A stretch of DNA of 64,000 bases, counting the filler, from an uncultured bacterium (GTDB lineage: Bacteria > CAYJOG01), in assembly GCA_964371695.1 (NCBI GenBank). It is 12 parts of 12 records of this genome, joined end to end, with 100 filler letters (N's around TTAATTAATTAA, not from the genome) between each part and the next. Parts side by side here need not be neighbours in the genome. Positions count along the whole stretch, not along the records: positions 48,341 to 53,504 come from CAYJOG010000234.1; positions 53,605 to 58,757 come from CAYJOG010000235.1; positions 58,858 to 64,000 come from CAYJOG010000236.1; 9 more parts are not named here. The stretch is one strand, 5' to 3'. The position numbers and the translations under genes are program-made. The notes beneath the pieces were generated by a model. The model made no database searches. It saw only the letters and a list, made by a program, of their open reading frames with translations, and was not told the DNA's origin. Numbering within the stretch: position 1 is the stretch's first letter; the number at the start of each line of letters is the position of its first letter. Shown here one piece after another: positions 48,341 to 60,484 of the stretch.

Positions 48341-51300
48341 CGTCACGGCTGCGCAGGCGATAGGTGTAACCGTTGGGGGCCACGGGCAGCGTGTCGGTGG
48401 AGCCGGTGAGGGGCACGGCCACGGTGGGCAGCGCCACAAAACCGCCCGACGGCAACTGACGGCGATAGACCTCGGTGACGGTGTGGTCGGACATGTAGGT
48501 GGTCTGTGTCCAGTTGATGTCGGCGGTGAACAGGAAGCAGTTCACCTCGATGCCGCTGGCGGCGGTGGGGGCAGGGGGGGCCTGTCCGTCGGTGGGGGTG
48601 ACCGGCCCGGCGGGCAGGCTGGTGGCGCGGGCGTTGTTATCAGGAATGGGCAGCAAAAAATCAATGGCGGGGGTGAGGTCGCTGGCGATGGTGGGCGACG
48701 TGTTGACGGTGACCACCGTGCCCGCCGTGGAGGTTCCGGTGACGGTGTAGCCCGGCACGGTGAAATAGGTTGAATTCACGCCGGGGCCGACGTTTTCGCT
48801 GAAGGTGAGGCGGATGCCCCCGCCGCTGGTGGATTTGGTGTTGAGGTTGGGGCCGTTGATGTCAGACAGGATGTTGTCGGTGACGATGGTGGATTCGGTG
48901 AGTGAGGCGGCCGCCGTGGCCGTGGCGGTGAAGGTGGCTCCGTGGGTGACGATGCCCGCCGTGGTGAAGTTCCAGGTGGCCACGCCGCTGCCGGGCACAT
49001 AGGTGTCGGGCGTTACCGCCCCGCCGCCGCCAAACTGCGAGAGGTCCGCCGAAAACGAATTGGCGTTGTAAAAGGGGGCGTCCACCGGGTCCAGTGTCAC
49101 CGTGAGGGTCATGGTGTCGCCGTTTTTGATGTAGGTGGTGCTGGTGGCGGTGGTGTTGGTGAGCAGTGTGCTGAGCACCACCGGCGGGGCGTTTTGCCGC
49201 ACGGAAATCACGCCTGCGCCAGAGGGCGCAAACGTCACCGGCCCTGCCTGGGCCATCGGCCCCTGGCCCGTCACGCCATGCAGCGCCACCTGATAAAAAT
49301 AAGCCGCGCCGGAAAGCGGGGTGGTGTCCAGATAACCCGGCGCACGGGCTGAAAGTGTGAGCAATTCCCACGGCCCGTTCGTGGCGGTGGACCGGTAAAC
49401 GGCGTAACCCGTTTCACCTGGCAAAAGGGCGTAACAATCTGCCGTGGGCTGGGTGGGACTGGCGCAGTGGGGGTGCAGCCATGTCACCCACAGGCCTGCG
49501 GTGGTGTTCTGGACCAAAAGGGCGGTGGGGGGAGCGTCGGGCGTGGCGGGGCCTGCAGCCGGGCCAAACAACAGGGTGGCGTTGGTGCCGCTCTGGTCAA
49601 ACAGCACCGAGCCGGTGTCTGTCAACGGCGTCACCAGCCAGGTCATCAGGCCATCCAGACCCGTGGCGGAAGTCTGGGCCTGGGCCGTGGCCCCCTGGGC
49701 CAGCGCGGCGGGCAAAAGGCCCGGCAGGGTGTCGCCCCGGCTGTTGCGCAGCTCCACCAGCACTTCAAAAGGCGTGAGGCCGCTGCTGGTGTCACGCCAC
49801 TGGGGCGAGAGGCCGATGCGGCTGGGCACAAGGGCTTCCAGCGCGCCGCCAGCGGTTGTTTTCCAGCCCAGCATGTCGCGGGTGGGGGCGTCCAGCGCCA
49901 GGGCAGCGTTGCGCATGAGGTTGGCGGACGTGTCCGCCCCCGTTTCGTCACAGCCGGTGTTGGCCGCACGCAGATAACCACTGGCCTGACTGGTGGTGCA
50001 GCCGCTCTGTGCGTATTCATCCAGCGCGCCAAAAAGGTGCGCCAGTTCGTGGGCCGCCAGACCCACCGACTGGGCGTGAGAAAGCGCCCGCTCGCTCAGC
50101 ACCGCCAGGGGGCCGCTCTGGCCCGGCTGGCTGGTTCCCGTCAGTTCATAGGTGAGCACGGTGGCGATGGCGGCGTCTGGCATGAGGCCGTCTTCGCTCA
50201 CCACCCACACCACAGCCCAGGGTGTGTTTTTCTCAAGGCGCAGACGGTTGGCGTAGTCCCGCGCCAGCAGGGCGGCCTTGGCGTTGTCGTCGCTCGCCAT
50301 CAGGCCGGGGGGAATGCCGAGGCCCAGTGTGGTGAAGTGCTGCACCAGGGCGCTGGCCAATGAAGCGCCGCCCGCTGCGGCGGTTTCGGTGGGGGGCAAA
50401 AACGCCAGCCGCGCCGCCGGGGGGGCCTGCTGTTCAAAAAACAGGTTGGCCTGACGAATGGTGTTGCGGGCTTTTTCTTTGGACGTTGCCGAAACCGTGC
50501 CCACAAACACCAAGCCCTGTGCCACGCCGCCGGTGAGCAGGGCGCTGGTGCGGTGAAAACCCCAGGTGCCCGCGTTTGCGGTGGGATACAACACATCAGG
50601 TGAATGGTCCACGGCTGTGGTGACATGGCTGCTCAGCAGCAGCGGATTGCCCGCCACGCCGCCGCTGACACTGAGGGGCACGGAAAGGGTTTTTCCGCCA
50701 AAACCAAAGGTCACCTGCGTGTCGCCCTGGGTCAGGGTTTTGAGCTGGTTGTTCTCCCACCGGGCCACGGCGGGGTTGGCCACGGTGACCGTGGCGGGGG
50801 TGACCGGTGAAAAGGCGGTGTGGCCGGGCCAGCGGGCCATGAGGGCAAAAGCCGCCACGCCCCCCGGCGCGGCGCTAAGCGCAGCGGGGGCGCATTTCAG
50901 TTCCGCCGCTTCGCCTTCGGTCATCTGAATCTGCCCCTGCCCCCGCGCCAGAAGCAGCAGCGGGTTGCCGTCAAAGGCCAGCCAGCGGTTCAGTTCAGAG
51001 GCGTCGGTGGCTGCGCTGAAGGCGGCGATTTCTTCCAGCACCGCCCCCTGATCGCCGGAGAACTCAAAAACAATCTGGCTGCAAATGCGGGGGGCCACCG
51101 GCACAAGGCGCGACACCCAGGCGATACCCGACTGTGCCAGCAGCACATGGCCGTCGCAGGTGGTGGTCACGGCCTTGAGCGGCGCGGCTGGGCTGGCCCG
51201 CAACATCAGGGCCTGCACCGTGCGGGGCGGCGAAAGCGTAAAACTCAGGCGGTTGGTGGCTCCCGCGCCCTGGCCCACCTTGAGGGTGGTGCTGCGTTGG

Positions 51301-53504
51301 CCATCCACCAACTGGGCCGCACCGTCAGAGCCGCCCCACAGGGGGCTGAGCACGTTGGCCCAGGCCATGGCGGTCTGCACGTCCTGCGCCCCGGCGGTGG
51401 TGAGTGTCTGGCTGCCGTCGGCCAGGGACTGGGGCAGAGAACCCAGATACACCACCCGGCCACCCAGGCTCTGGGGGTTGCCCTGGCTGTCCTGGGTTGT
51501 CCAGCTTTGGGGCAGGGGGCCGTGGGTGAGCGCGCTCAGGTCAGCGGTTGCGGCCAGTGTGCGAGGCAGGCCGGGTGTCACCTCCACCTCCACCGTGGTG
51601 GAAAAACCCGTCACCCTGGCTACCATCCGGGCGCTGGTTACGGGTTTCAGCCCCAGCAGCGCGCCGCCCTGCATCATCACCGAGCCTGCCCCCTGGGATA
51701 TCTCCCAGATGACGCCGGTGGGTGTGAAGCTGTTGTTGTGGGCGTCCTGGGCGGTGACGGAAAGGGGCACGGTTTCGCCCGCCATCACGCTCAGGCGGCC
51801 CGGTGACACCACCAGCGACACCACCGGCCCCGGTGTGACTTCCACCAGCGCCTTGGCTGTCTGTTCGCCCACCTTCACCGACACTTCCGCCGTGCCAGCC
51901 TTTTGGCAGGTGAACAGGCCCTGGGCCGAAATCTGACCCGCCGTGGTGGAGAACACCGGCACAAACAGGCCGCCTTGAGGATTGCTCAGGTCGCCCTCGA
52001 CATAAAACTGAAGGGACTCACCGGCTCCCAGACGGCCCTGGGCGGGCTTCAGACGAAGCAGGGTAGGGGTGGGTTTTACGTCAAAACGCAGTGTGTGGCT
52101 GAGGCCGCCGCTGGTGGCCTGCACTTCAAAACTGCCTGCGGAGAGGGGCTTGAGCCGCCCCGGCCCGGTCCACTCGCCAGCGCCGGTCAGCAGCTTCCAC
52201 TGGGGGGCTTCGGAGAGGGCCGTGGCCACGCCTGCGGCGTCCTGGCCCTGGGCGGTGAAGGTGACCTCTTCGCCCACCACCACCTCGGCGGTGCTGGGGT
52301 GAATGTTGAGGGAAACAGCGGGATTGGTGGGTGTTTCCGGGGTCGGCGGCGGTGTGGTGGCTTCGCCGCCCGTTTTGGCTGCCTGCCAGTCCACACCCCG
52401 CAGCACACCCCGGCCCAGACCGTTGGCGGCCAGGGGTTTGGCCTGTGCCAGCAGGTGGGGCAGGGCTTTTTGGGCGTCGCCCAGCAGGGCCGCGCCCACC
52501 GCCAGTTCGGCGGCCACCAGCGCGGCGGCAAAGCTGGTGCCATGCACCACGCCGGTCTGTCCCCGGTGATCTTTCAGCATCAGACCGCTGGCGGGGGCCA
52601 CCAGCCCCACGCCGCTGCCGATGTTGGCAAAACTGGCGCGGCCCTGGCCCAGGGCGTCTGCCCCGCCCACCACCAGCAGCGGCGCGCCCAGCGAAGCCGG
52701 AAAGAACCCCTCGGCCCCGCCGCCGCCGTTGCCCGATGGCGTCACCACCACCACACCTTTTTCTTTGAGTGCGTTCAGCTCCTGCAAAAAGGCCTGGGCC
52801 AGGAAATCGGGCGGGTCATAGGCGGCCCCCAGGCTCATGAGCACCACCTGGGGTGGGTTGGCCCGCAGCGACACCAGGGCTTGCAACACCGTGGCCACGG
52901 GGCAGAACCCCTGGGCGGTACACACCTTGTGGACTTCTACCACGCAGTTGCCGCACAGGGCCTGACCGGCGGAGCGGCCCACCAGGGCGTCTGCCACCTG
53001 TGTGCCATGGCCCAGTGTGTCGGTGGGGTTTTCAGAGCCGGTGTGATCCACCTCAAAACCGAACGTTCCGGCGGCAAAACCGGCTTCGGCCACGCCCGTG
53101 TCCAGCACCGCCACGCGGGCGGGGGAGGGGGGGGCCTGCTGGCTCAGGGACAAGGCCGAAAGCACGTCGGCCCACGAGGCTGAAACCGCCGGGGTATTGG
53201 TGGCCGAGGGCAGCAGCGCCACCTGGGGGGCGGTGGTCAGCCCCGGTGTGGTTTGGCTCAGCAGGGCTTCGTCCTGGCCCGGGGGCAGGGTCAAAAGAGT
53301 GACCTGACCCTGTGTGGAAACCGCGACACCGGCTTTTTCAAGGGCGGTGCGTTGTTCGGTGCTCAGGGGCCCGGCCAGATATTGGCCGCTCACCACATAA
53401 GCGCCCTCGGTTTGGCTCCAGGTGACTTTGGTTGTTTCATGGGTCTCAGCCGCAGCCACGGCGGCAGCATGGGTGGTGGTGTTTTGCGAGACCAGCGGCC
53501 CGGC
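48341..53504 (-). CDS. Giant extracellular protein (>1700 aa, both ends missing): S8 subtilase + Ig-like repeats + HExxH zinc-metalloprotease motif + Fn3-like domains
   Basis: VAVLDTG, HGTQVA, PSGNGG and GTSFAA (S8); AHELAHLFGALDEY; GYAVYRS..YFYQV (Fn3); frame open across the whole contig. Confidence 0.85.
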
Positions 53505-53604
53505 NNNNNNNNNNNNNNNNNNNNNNNNNNNNNNNNNNNNNNNNNNNNTTAATTAATTAANNNNNNNNNNNNNNNNNNNNNNNNNNNNNNNNNNNNNNNN
53601 NNNN

Positions 53605-53869
53605 GGCGCAGGCATCTTGCCTGCGTTCATATAAAAGGCAGGCGGGACGCCTGCCCCACCAAAGGGAAAAAGAAAAAGGTGGTTGGTTTATGTAGAGCAC
53701 GGACAGGAGTGTCCGTGCCACTGAAGGGAATGAAAAAGAAGGTGTGCTGTTTTTATTTCAACTGGATTCCCGCCTTCGCGGGAATGACGCCGGGGGAAGC
53801 AGGGGAATGGCGGCGTCCAGGGCGGGACTTTCAGGCGGTGTCTGACTCACCAATTCCGAAAATGCTCTA
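53605..53869. repeat. REP doublets plus right arm of a family A element
   Basis: ATTCCC-N8-GGGAAT at 53766..53785 and terminal TCTGACTCACCAATTCCGAAAATGCTCTA match the right arm at 2890..2974. Confidence 0.8.
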
Positions 53870-53949
53870 TGGGCGCGGGGCCTGTCTCTATTCCAACCTC
53901 CAGCCGCCAACTTCCAACCTCCCTCTTCCGATTTCTGTATCTTCCACCG

Positions 53950-55129
53950 ATGAACAACGCTTGGCTCAAAACCGCTGCCCCCACCGTGGGTGTGCACCTG
54001 TTGCGCATGGGTCAGGCGGTGTGCATGGCCAGCCTGGGGGGGCTGCTGCCCGCCACGGCCAAGGACCTGGATTTTCCCCTGGACCAGTTCCGCTGGCCCA
54101 TGCTGCTGTTCGCCGTGGGTTATCTGCTGGGTGCGCCGCTGCTGCGTCTTTCGCGGCGGGCGGCGGCCTCGTGGGCGGTGGCCGCCATGGCCTGTGTGGC
54201 CGCCACAGCGGGCGTGCTGATGTGGGGCAACGCCCACAGTGTGCAGGGACTGGCGCTGGCGATGTTTGTGTTCGGCCTCAGCGGCATCTGGCAGGAGATG
54301 GGCAGCAATCCGCTGATGGCGGAGCTTTTCCCCCGGCGGCTGGCGGGGGCGCTGGCGTGGTTGCACGGACTGTATTGCCTGTGGGCGTTCCTGGGGCCGC
54401 AACTTTCTGGCCTGGCCCTCAAAAACGGCCTGAGCTGGCGTGTCACGCCCACGGGGGCCAGCCTGTGTTTTGTGCTGGCGTTGGTGTGTCTGCTGGTGGG
54501 TCAGGGGGCGGCCCGCAAGGAAACCCCTGCTGTCGCCGTCCAAGAGGCCGTGCCCGCCGCGCCGGTGTTGAGCCCGTTTCGTTTTCCGTGGCTGCTGGCG
54601 CTGATGGTGGTGGTCTACAGCGGGGCCAGCTTCACGCTCAATGCCTGGGCCCCCAGCATTTTGCATCACCGCTTNNNNNNNNNNTGCCGGCGGGGGGGGG
54701 GGGGGCGGCGGGGTGGGGGCGGGGCTGGAAACCCGCCGGGGGGCCGGGCCATTGCTGGCGCTCACGGCGGGTTTGAGCGCGCTCACCCATCTGTGCCTGT
54801 GGGCGGCGGGCAGTGAAAATCTGGCGGTGTGGAGCCTGTGGCTCACGGGCATGTTTGTGGGGGCCATCGTGCCCCTGGCGCTCACGCTGGAGGGCGAGCG
54901 CCAGCCCTGGTTCATGAGCCACATCACCCAGGCGGTGTTCATGGCCCTGGGGGTGGGCCTGCTGATAGGCCCACCCACGGCGGGTTGGGAGGCCCGGCGG
55001 TTTGGCCTGGATGTGATCCTCAGCGGCAGCCTGTTTCTAAACCTGCTCACGGCGATACTCACGGTGTGGCTGGTGTGGGCCGGTAAAAAATCAGCCCAGC
55101 CAATTGCCAGCCCTGACGGAACGCCGTAG
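53950..55129 (+). CDS. MFS transporter, interrupted by the 10-N gap at 54675..54684
   Basis: Hydrophobic helices on both sides of the gap, in different frames; LLIGPPTAGWEARRFG motif. Confidence 0.7.
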
Positions 55130-55223
55130 CATGTCCGTTGCCGCAAGGCTCTGCCGTGTTCTTTCTTAAACCCCATGCGTTGGCTCCTTCGCCCCTTTTG
55201 GTGGCGGTGGCCGGGGTGCTGGT

Positions 55224-56939
55224 TTGAGCGGCGGACTGAAACAGCGCATCACCCTGTCGTTTCTGGTGGTGTGGCTGCTCATCGCCGCCCTGGGCGTGGG
55301 GGCCTGGCTGGGAGTGCGGCGCATCACCAGCCGGGCAGAGAGCCTGAAGGGCGAATCCGTGAAAGTGGCCGGTCACCTGGCGGAACTGAAAACCGCCGTG
55401 GCGGGCCTGCGGCAGTATTACCTGGAACTGGCCGCCACCCCCGAAGACCGGGGCCTGACCGGCGGCGGGTCAGAAGAAAAACAATTCCGCGCCCTGTTCG
55501 AAAAAAACTTCACCGCCCTTAAAAAGTTAAGCGCCGAAAACGCTCAGGCGACAGACCTGCGAGACACACTGGGGTCGATTCGCAAGGAGTTTGACCGTTT
55601 TGACAAACTGGGCCAGACCATGGTGGTGACGTTCAAGGAAGACGGCTCAGAGGACGGAATGTTTGATCTGCGGCGTTTCCAGCCCCAGGCCACGGCCCTG
55701 CTGGACCGCCTGAACAAACTGGAGATGGACCGCCTGCGCCGGTTTGAAAACACCCTGGGCGAGATGGAGAGCCTGGGAGAACAGATCACGGTGCTCAACT
55801 TCAGCCTCAACGCCGTGGCCCTGGTGTTGACACTCCTGGTGGCGGGGGGGCTGATCCGGGCGGTGGTGTCACCGCTCAGGCGGTTGACGCAGGAAGTCTC
55901 TCGCGTGGCCGATGGCGACCTCACCCTGAAGGTGCAGCGGGGCCGGGGCAAAGATGAAATCTCGCAACTGGCGGGCAGTGTGGGGCGCATGGTGGAAAGC
56001 CTCTCGAAAATGGTGGGCAGCATTGCCCATACGGTGCGGGAGTTACAGGCGGTGGGGCATCAGGCCTCTGAGGCGTCGCGCAAAGGCTCGGACGTGAACA
56101 TCCACATGTGCAACATGATGGTGGAGCTTTCGGGCGGGGCCGCCAGCCAGACCACCAGCGTGGAGGAAACCCGCATGGCGGTGCAGGACGCCACGCGCCT
56201 GATGGCCAGCGTGGTGGAAAACAGCCGGGCCGTCTCCACCAGCACCGAAGAAGCCCGACACATGGTGAACGAAGGCGCGCAGAACGCCGAAGACGCCGTG
56301 GACAACATGATGAGCATTCAGCAGAACGTGACCCGCACCGCCGAGGTGGTGGAGCGCCTGGGTCAGCGCACGCGGCGCATCAACACCATCGTGGAGATGA
56401 TCACGGCGGTGGCCGAGCAGACCAACCTGCTGGCGCTGAACGCCGCCATTGAGGCGGCCCGGGCGGGCGACCACGGTGCGGGGTTTGCGGTGGTGGCCGA
56501 AGAAGTGCGCAAACTGGCCGAGGAAAGCACCAGCGCGGCGCAGGAAATCGTCAAACTCATCAAGGAAATCCAGCTTGAAACGGTGGAGGCCAGCGAAAGC
56601 ATGAAGTCCCAGACCGCCGTGGTGGAAGAGGGCGTGAAGGCGGTGCAGAAAGCGGGCATCAGCTTTGACACCATCCGCGACGCCGTGGGCAACATTGTGG
56701 AGCAGACCGGCCAGATTCACGAAGCCACCGAGGCGATGAACGAACAGAACAAACGGGTGGTGGACGCCATCGCCAACGTGTCTTTCATCTCGGCGCGCAC
56801 CAGCGCCGCCAGCGAAGAGGCCAGCGGTTTTACCGACGAACTGGGGCAGGCGGTGCTGGGCATTGCCGAGCAATCCCTGTCACTCGAAAAAATGGCCGCC
56901 GACCTGAAGGAACAGGTGGAGCGTTTCAAGCTGGCGTAG
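55224..56939 (+). CDS. Methyl-accepting chemotaxis protein
   Basis: Two TM segments, HAMP domain, [33 protein letters not shown]. Confidence 0.96.
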   Translation: MSGGLKQRITLSFLVVWLLIAALGVGAWLGVRRITSRAESLKGESVKVAGHLAELKTAVAGLRQYYLELAATPEDRGLTGGGSEEKQFRALFEKNFTALKKLSAENAQATDLRDTLGSIRKEFDRFDKLGQTMVVTFKEDGSEDGMFDLRRFQPQATALLDRLNKLEMDRLRRFENTLGEMESLGEQITVLNFSLNAVALVLTLLVAGGLIRAVVSPLRRLTQEVSRVADGDLTLKVQRGRGKDEISQLAGSVGRMVESLSKMVGSIAHTVRELQAVGHQASEASRKGSDVNIHMCNMMVELSGGAASQTTSVEETRMAVQDATRLMASVVENSRAVSTSTEEARHMVNEGAQNAEDAVDNMMSIQQNVTRTAEVVERLGQRTRRINTIVEMITAVAEQTNLLALNAAIEAARAGDHGAGFAVVAEEVRKLAEESTSAAQEIVKLIKEIQLETVEASESMKSQTAVVEEGVKAVQKAGISFDTIRDAVGNIVEQTGQIHEATEAMNEQNKRVVDAIANVSFISARTSAASEEASGFTDELGQAVLGIAEQSLSLEKMAADLKEQVERFKLA

Positions 56940-56952
56940 GCTGGGCGGGGTA

Positions 56953-57795
56953 TTACCCCGTCAAGAAATCCCTGGTCTCTCTGGTCACCACCGGGTGATT
57001 GCGGGTGGTGAGGTTGTGGTCGGCCCCTGGCAGGGTTTTGAGTTCGGCGCGGCCAAAAGTGTCGGCATAGGGCCTGGCCAGCAGATAAGGAATGGTGGCG
57101 TCTGCCGTGCCCCACAATATCCGCACGGGATGTGTCACCCGCCGCGCCCAGGGCAGGGCCGATTCGCCCAGCAGCCGTGAAAGGGTGTCCAGCATGTGCC
57201 GTGTGTGGGCGGGTTGATCCAGCCTGCGGTGAAAATCAAAAAACGCTCGCTGCCAGTCGGCGGGTGGCTGGCCCGGCGGCACGGGGTTGCGCTGGTGACC
57301 CAGGTACATGCTGAGCGTGGTGAGTATCTGCACCGGCGGAAACGGGGCCATTGCGCCCGCCAGCATCATCAGCGCAGCGGCCGGACCCAGGGCGGGCCAG
57401 CCCCCGGCGGGGGCCACCAGCACGGCTCGGCGCACCAGCCGGGGATAACGGGCCATCAGATTCACCGCCACCATGCCGCCCATGCTGGCGGCCAGCACGT
57501 CCACCGGCCCGCCGTCTGCCTTGTGATGGATCACCCGCGCCGCCATGTCGGCCATGGCGGCGATGGCCGCACCCCCCAGGTCCTCGCCCAGGGGGCCAAA
57601 GCCGGGGTGGTCATAGGCCAGGCAATGGCGTTCGCGCACCAGTTCGGGCCACACAAAAACAAACTCGTCCAGGTCCGCCCCCAGGCCGTGCAGCATCAGC
57701 ACCGGCGGCTGGCCATTGGGCGGGCCGCCCTCGCGGCCCCGCAGCGCTTGGCCACCCACGCGCCACACCGAAACATCTGGCCGGAAAAGGCCCAT
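56953..57795 (-). CDS. Alpha/beta hydrolase
   Basis: LMLHGLG, YDHPGFG, AASMGG nucleophile elbow, WGTADATI, GADH. Confidence 0.88.
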   Translation of the reverse strand: MGLFRPDVSVWRVGGQALRGREGGPPNGQPPVLMLHGLGADLDEFVFVWPELVRERHCLAYDHPGFGPLGEDLGGAAIAAMADMAARVIHHKADGGPVDVLAASMGGMVAVNLMARYPRLVRRAVLVAPAGGWPALGPAAALMMLAGAMAPFPPVQILTTLSMYLGHQRNPVPPGQPPADWQRAFFDFHRRLDQPAHTRHMLDTLSRLLGESALPWARRVTHPVRILWGTADATIPYLLARPYADTFGRAELKTLPGADHNLTTRNHPVVTRETRDFLTG

Positions 57796-57800
57796 GGTGC

Positions 57801-58739
57801 TCAGTTCTGCCGACGGTCGCGCATCCAGCCGGTGGCGCCTTTTTCTTTGTGAAAAATGAGCATTTCGTCGGCTGTGTCAAAGAGTTCAAACAGGTTTTCG
57901 AAGCTGCGGTATTCGTTGTGCACCACGGCGCAGTGAAGGGTGGTGAGGGGTTCTTCGCGGGGCGTACCAGAGCGGGTTTTGATGCGCATCATGCCCTGGG
58001 CCGCGTCTTCTTCGTCAAAATACTGGTTGCGCAGTTCGGTGTATTTGCTGCACACGTATTCGGCCACGGTTTCTTCGCTCTGGGGTGTGGTGATGAGCAC
58101 AAAATCATCGGCGCTCAGGTGTCCCACCACATCTTCGGGGCTGCCGTGGGCCAAGCTGCCCTCTTTCACAATCGCCCCCACAAACTTGAGGAAATAATCT
58201 CCCTCGCCATAGTTGTAATGGCGGTTGTAGAAACGGAAATGCCGCAGGTCGAACCGCAGCATGGCAAAAGGCTCGCTGCTCTGAATCCGCTGCTCCAGGG
58301 CCTGCTCTACAAAAATGCGGCCAAACAGGCCGGTGAGCGGATGCAGCGCGGCGTGTTGTTCGTGGCGGCGCAGCACCATCTGCACCCGCGCCCGCAGCAC
58401 CCGCTCGTCAAAGGGTTTGAACAGAAAGTCGTCCGCGCCGCTTTCGATGGCGAAAACCTCCGGATCAGCCCCCTTCAGCACCGAGGCCACGATGATGGGA
58501 ATGGAAAAGGTCTTGACGTCCTTTTTCAGTAGCTTGCACACCTCAAACCCGTTCATGCCCGGCAGCATGAGGTCCAGGATGACCAAGTGAAAACGCTCTT
58601 TGGCCACAGCGCGGAACGCCTCTTTGGCGTTGGCCACGGCGGTGACGGTGAAGCCGTCCACCGACAGCGCGCTGGCATACATCTCACGCACGGCGGCGGA
58701 ATCCTCCACCACCAGAATGTGCCGTGGGGGGCTGTTCAC
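57801..58739 (-). CDS. Response regulator with degenerate GGDEF domain
   Basis: VEDS, LDLMLPGMNG and KPFD receiver motifs; HPLTGL...GHLSADDF. Confidence 0.85.
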   Translation of the reverse strand: MNSPPRHILVVEDSAAVREMYASALSVDGFTVTAVANAKEAFRAVAKERFHLVILDLMLPGMNGFEVCKLLKKDVKTFSIPIIVASVLKGADPEVFAIESGADDFLFKPFDERVLRARVQMVLRRHEQHAALHPLTGLFGRIFVEQALEQRIQSSEPFAMLRFDLRHFRFYNRHYNYGEGDYFLKFVGAIVKEGSLAHGSPEDVVGHLSADDFVLITTPQSEETVAEYVCSKYTELRNQYFDEEDAAQGMMRIKTRSGTPREEPLTTLHCAVVHNEYRSFENLFELFDTADEMLIFHKEKGATGWMRDRRQN

Positions 58740-58857
58740 GAGGGGGCAGTATACAGGNNNNNNNNNNNNNNNNNNNNNNNNNNNNNNNNNNNNNNNNNNN
58801 NTTAATTAATTAANNNNNNNNNNNNNNNNNNNNNNNNNNNNNNNNNNNNNNNNNNNN

Positions 58858-59109
58858 GGCCAGGTCTGCCAGACCATAGATGCAGGCGAAATGCAGGGGC
58901 GTCTGGCCCTGGGGGTTCACGGCGTTCACGTTCGCGCCGCGCAAAATCAGCAGCCGCGCCGCGTCGGCCTGCCCCATGCCCACCGCCAGATGCAATGGCG
59001 TGTGGCCGTGTTCGTCCTGGGTGTTGGGGTCGTCGCCCTGCATCAGCAGCGGCCGCAGGGCGTCCAGGTTGCCGAACAGTGCTTCGTGATGCAGCGGGGG
59101 CAACTGCAT
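58858..59109 (-). CDS. Ankyrin-repeat protein, 3' truncated
   Basis: GHTPLHLA and GQTPLHFA motifs. Confidence 0.88.
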
Positions 59110-59116
59110 GGCGGCC

Positions 59117-59713
59117 TCAGCGGAAGGCTTCCACCTTGTCGATCAGGCCATATTTCTGGGCCTGCTCGGCACTCATGAAGTTGTCGCGGTCGGTGTCTTT
59201 TTCGACGGTTTCCAGCGTCTGACCCGTGTGTTTTGCGAGAAGCTGATTGAGCGTGGCCTTGATGCGCAGGATTTCCTCGGCCTGGATGCCGATGTCCGTG
59301 GCCGGGGCCACCACCTGACCGCCGATGGCGGGCTGGTGAATCATGATGCGCGAATGGGGCCAGGCATAGCGGTGGCCCTTGGCCCCCGCACAGAGCAGAA
59401 AACTGCCCATGCTGGCGGCCTGCCCCAGGCACACGGTGTGCACGTCGGGCTTGATGTTCATCATGGCGTCATAAATGGCCATGCCGCTGGTGATGACGCC
59501 GCCGGGGCTGTTGATGAAAAACGTGATGGGGGCTTTTTTGTCTTTGAGTTCGAGATAAAGCAGTTGCTCCACCAGCCGTTTGGCGCTGCGGTCTTCCACC
59601 GGCCCCCACAGGGAAATCCGGCGGTTCTCCAGAAAGGTTTTTTTGATATCGCCTTCAAAAAAGCTCTGCAAAATGCTTTCCAGATCGATGTCGAGGTTGA
59701 GCGGGCTGGTCAT
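59117..59713 (-). CDS. clpP: ATP-dependent Clp protease proteolytic subunit
   Basis: INSPGG, AASMGS, MIHQP and DRDNFMSA motifs. Confidence 0.96.
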   Translation of the reverse strand: MTSPLNLDIDLESILQSFFEGDIKKTFLENRRISLWGPVEDRSAKRLVEQLLYLELKDKKAPITFFINSPGGVITSGMAIYDAMMNIKPDVHTVCLGQAASMGSFLLCAGAKGHRYAWPHSRIMIHQPAIGGQVVAPATDIGIQAEEILRIKATLNQLLAKHTGQTLETVEKDTDRDNFMSAEQAQKYGLIDKVEAFR

Positions 59714-59731
59714 GGTGTGTGTGGGTGTCCT

Positions 59732-60484
59732 TTAAGAATTTTTGGGCATTTTGGGGGTTTTGAGGCCCGTGAGCCACTTCAGCAGCGCCTTGCCCAGTTC
59801 GGGGCGGCCCAGCATGTGTGTGCCGTGGCCCGCGCCGGTGAAGTATAGGGACTGTTTCTGTCCTCGAAAGGCTTTTTCAAGGGCAAGGGCCGACGCATGG
59901 CTGGTTTTGTCTTCGCCAGAGGCCGAAAGAAACAGGGGTGTTTTCAGACCGTTCAGCGCGGCGGCGGGCCGCACCCCCTTGTAATCCTCACCCGGCGAAA
60001 GCGCCGCCACGCCCGACACCCGGTGTTGTGTGCCCCCCAGAATGGCCAGATTTCCGCCGATGCTCGCCCCCATCACCGCCGGGGGCGGCGCGGTTTTGGC
60101 CAAGCGCTTGCCCAGGGCCGCCAAGGCGGCGCGCAGGTCGTTCTGCGCCACCATCTCCCAGTCTTTGGTGAGGAAGAATTTGTAATCCAAATCGGGCTTG
60201 CCCTGGTGCTTCACGCTCTGGCCGTGGCCCCGCAGGTCAAAGGCCAGGGTGCAGACGCCCCCCGCCGAAGCCTGTTGCTGAAACCCCGCCCAGTCGGCCC
60301 GCGTGCGCCCCAGCATGTGTATCAGCACCGCCCCACGGGCGCAGGGAGCCTTGCCCGCAAAACTGGCATAAAGCGTGACGCCGTCGGGCGTGGTGAGCTT
60401 GAGTTGTTCAAAAGTCGGCGGTGAACTGGCCAGGGCCTGACCGCCCAGCATGAAAGCGAAAAAAATGAATCCCCATTTTTTCAT
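59732..60484 (-). CDS. Exported alpha/beta hydrolase
   Basis: ATG overlaps the glpK stop; signal peptide; DLRGHGQS, GASIGG, GHGT. Confidence 0.85.
   Translation of the reverse strand: MKKWGFIFFAFMLGGQALASSPPTFEQLKLTTPDGVTLYASFAGKAPCARGAVLIHMLGRTRADWAGFQQQASAGGVCTLAFDLRGHGQSVKHQGKPDLDYKFFLTKDWEMVAQNDLRAALAALGKRLAKTAPPPAVMGASIGGNLAILGGTQHRVSGVAALSPGEDYKGVRPAAALNGLKTPLFLSASGEDKTSHASALALEKAFRGQKQSLYFTGAGHGTHMLGRPELGKALLKWLTGLKTPKMPKNS

Noticed and set aside
54675..54730. Frameshift and G-rich tract in the MFS gene (also the G/C runs at 37530..37600)
   Set aside because: Adjacent to assembly gaps or contig ends; most likely low-quality sequence, not phase variation or a G-quadruplex.
5321..58857. 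TTAATTAATTAA recurring about every 5.3 kb
   Set aside because: Artificial linker embedded in N runs between size-sorted contigs; the periodicity is not biological.
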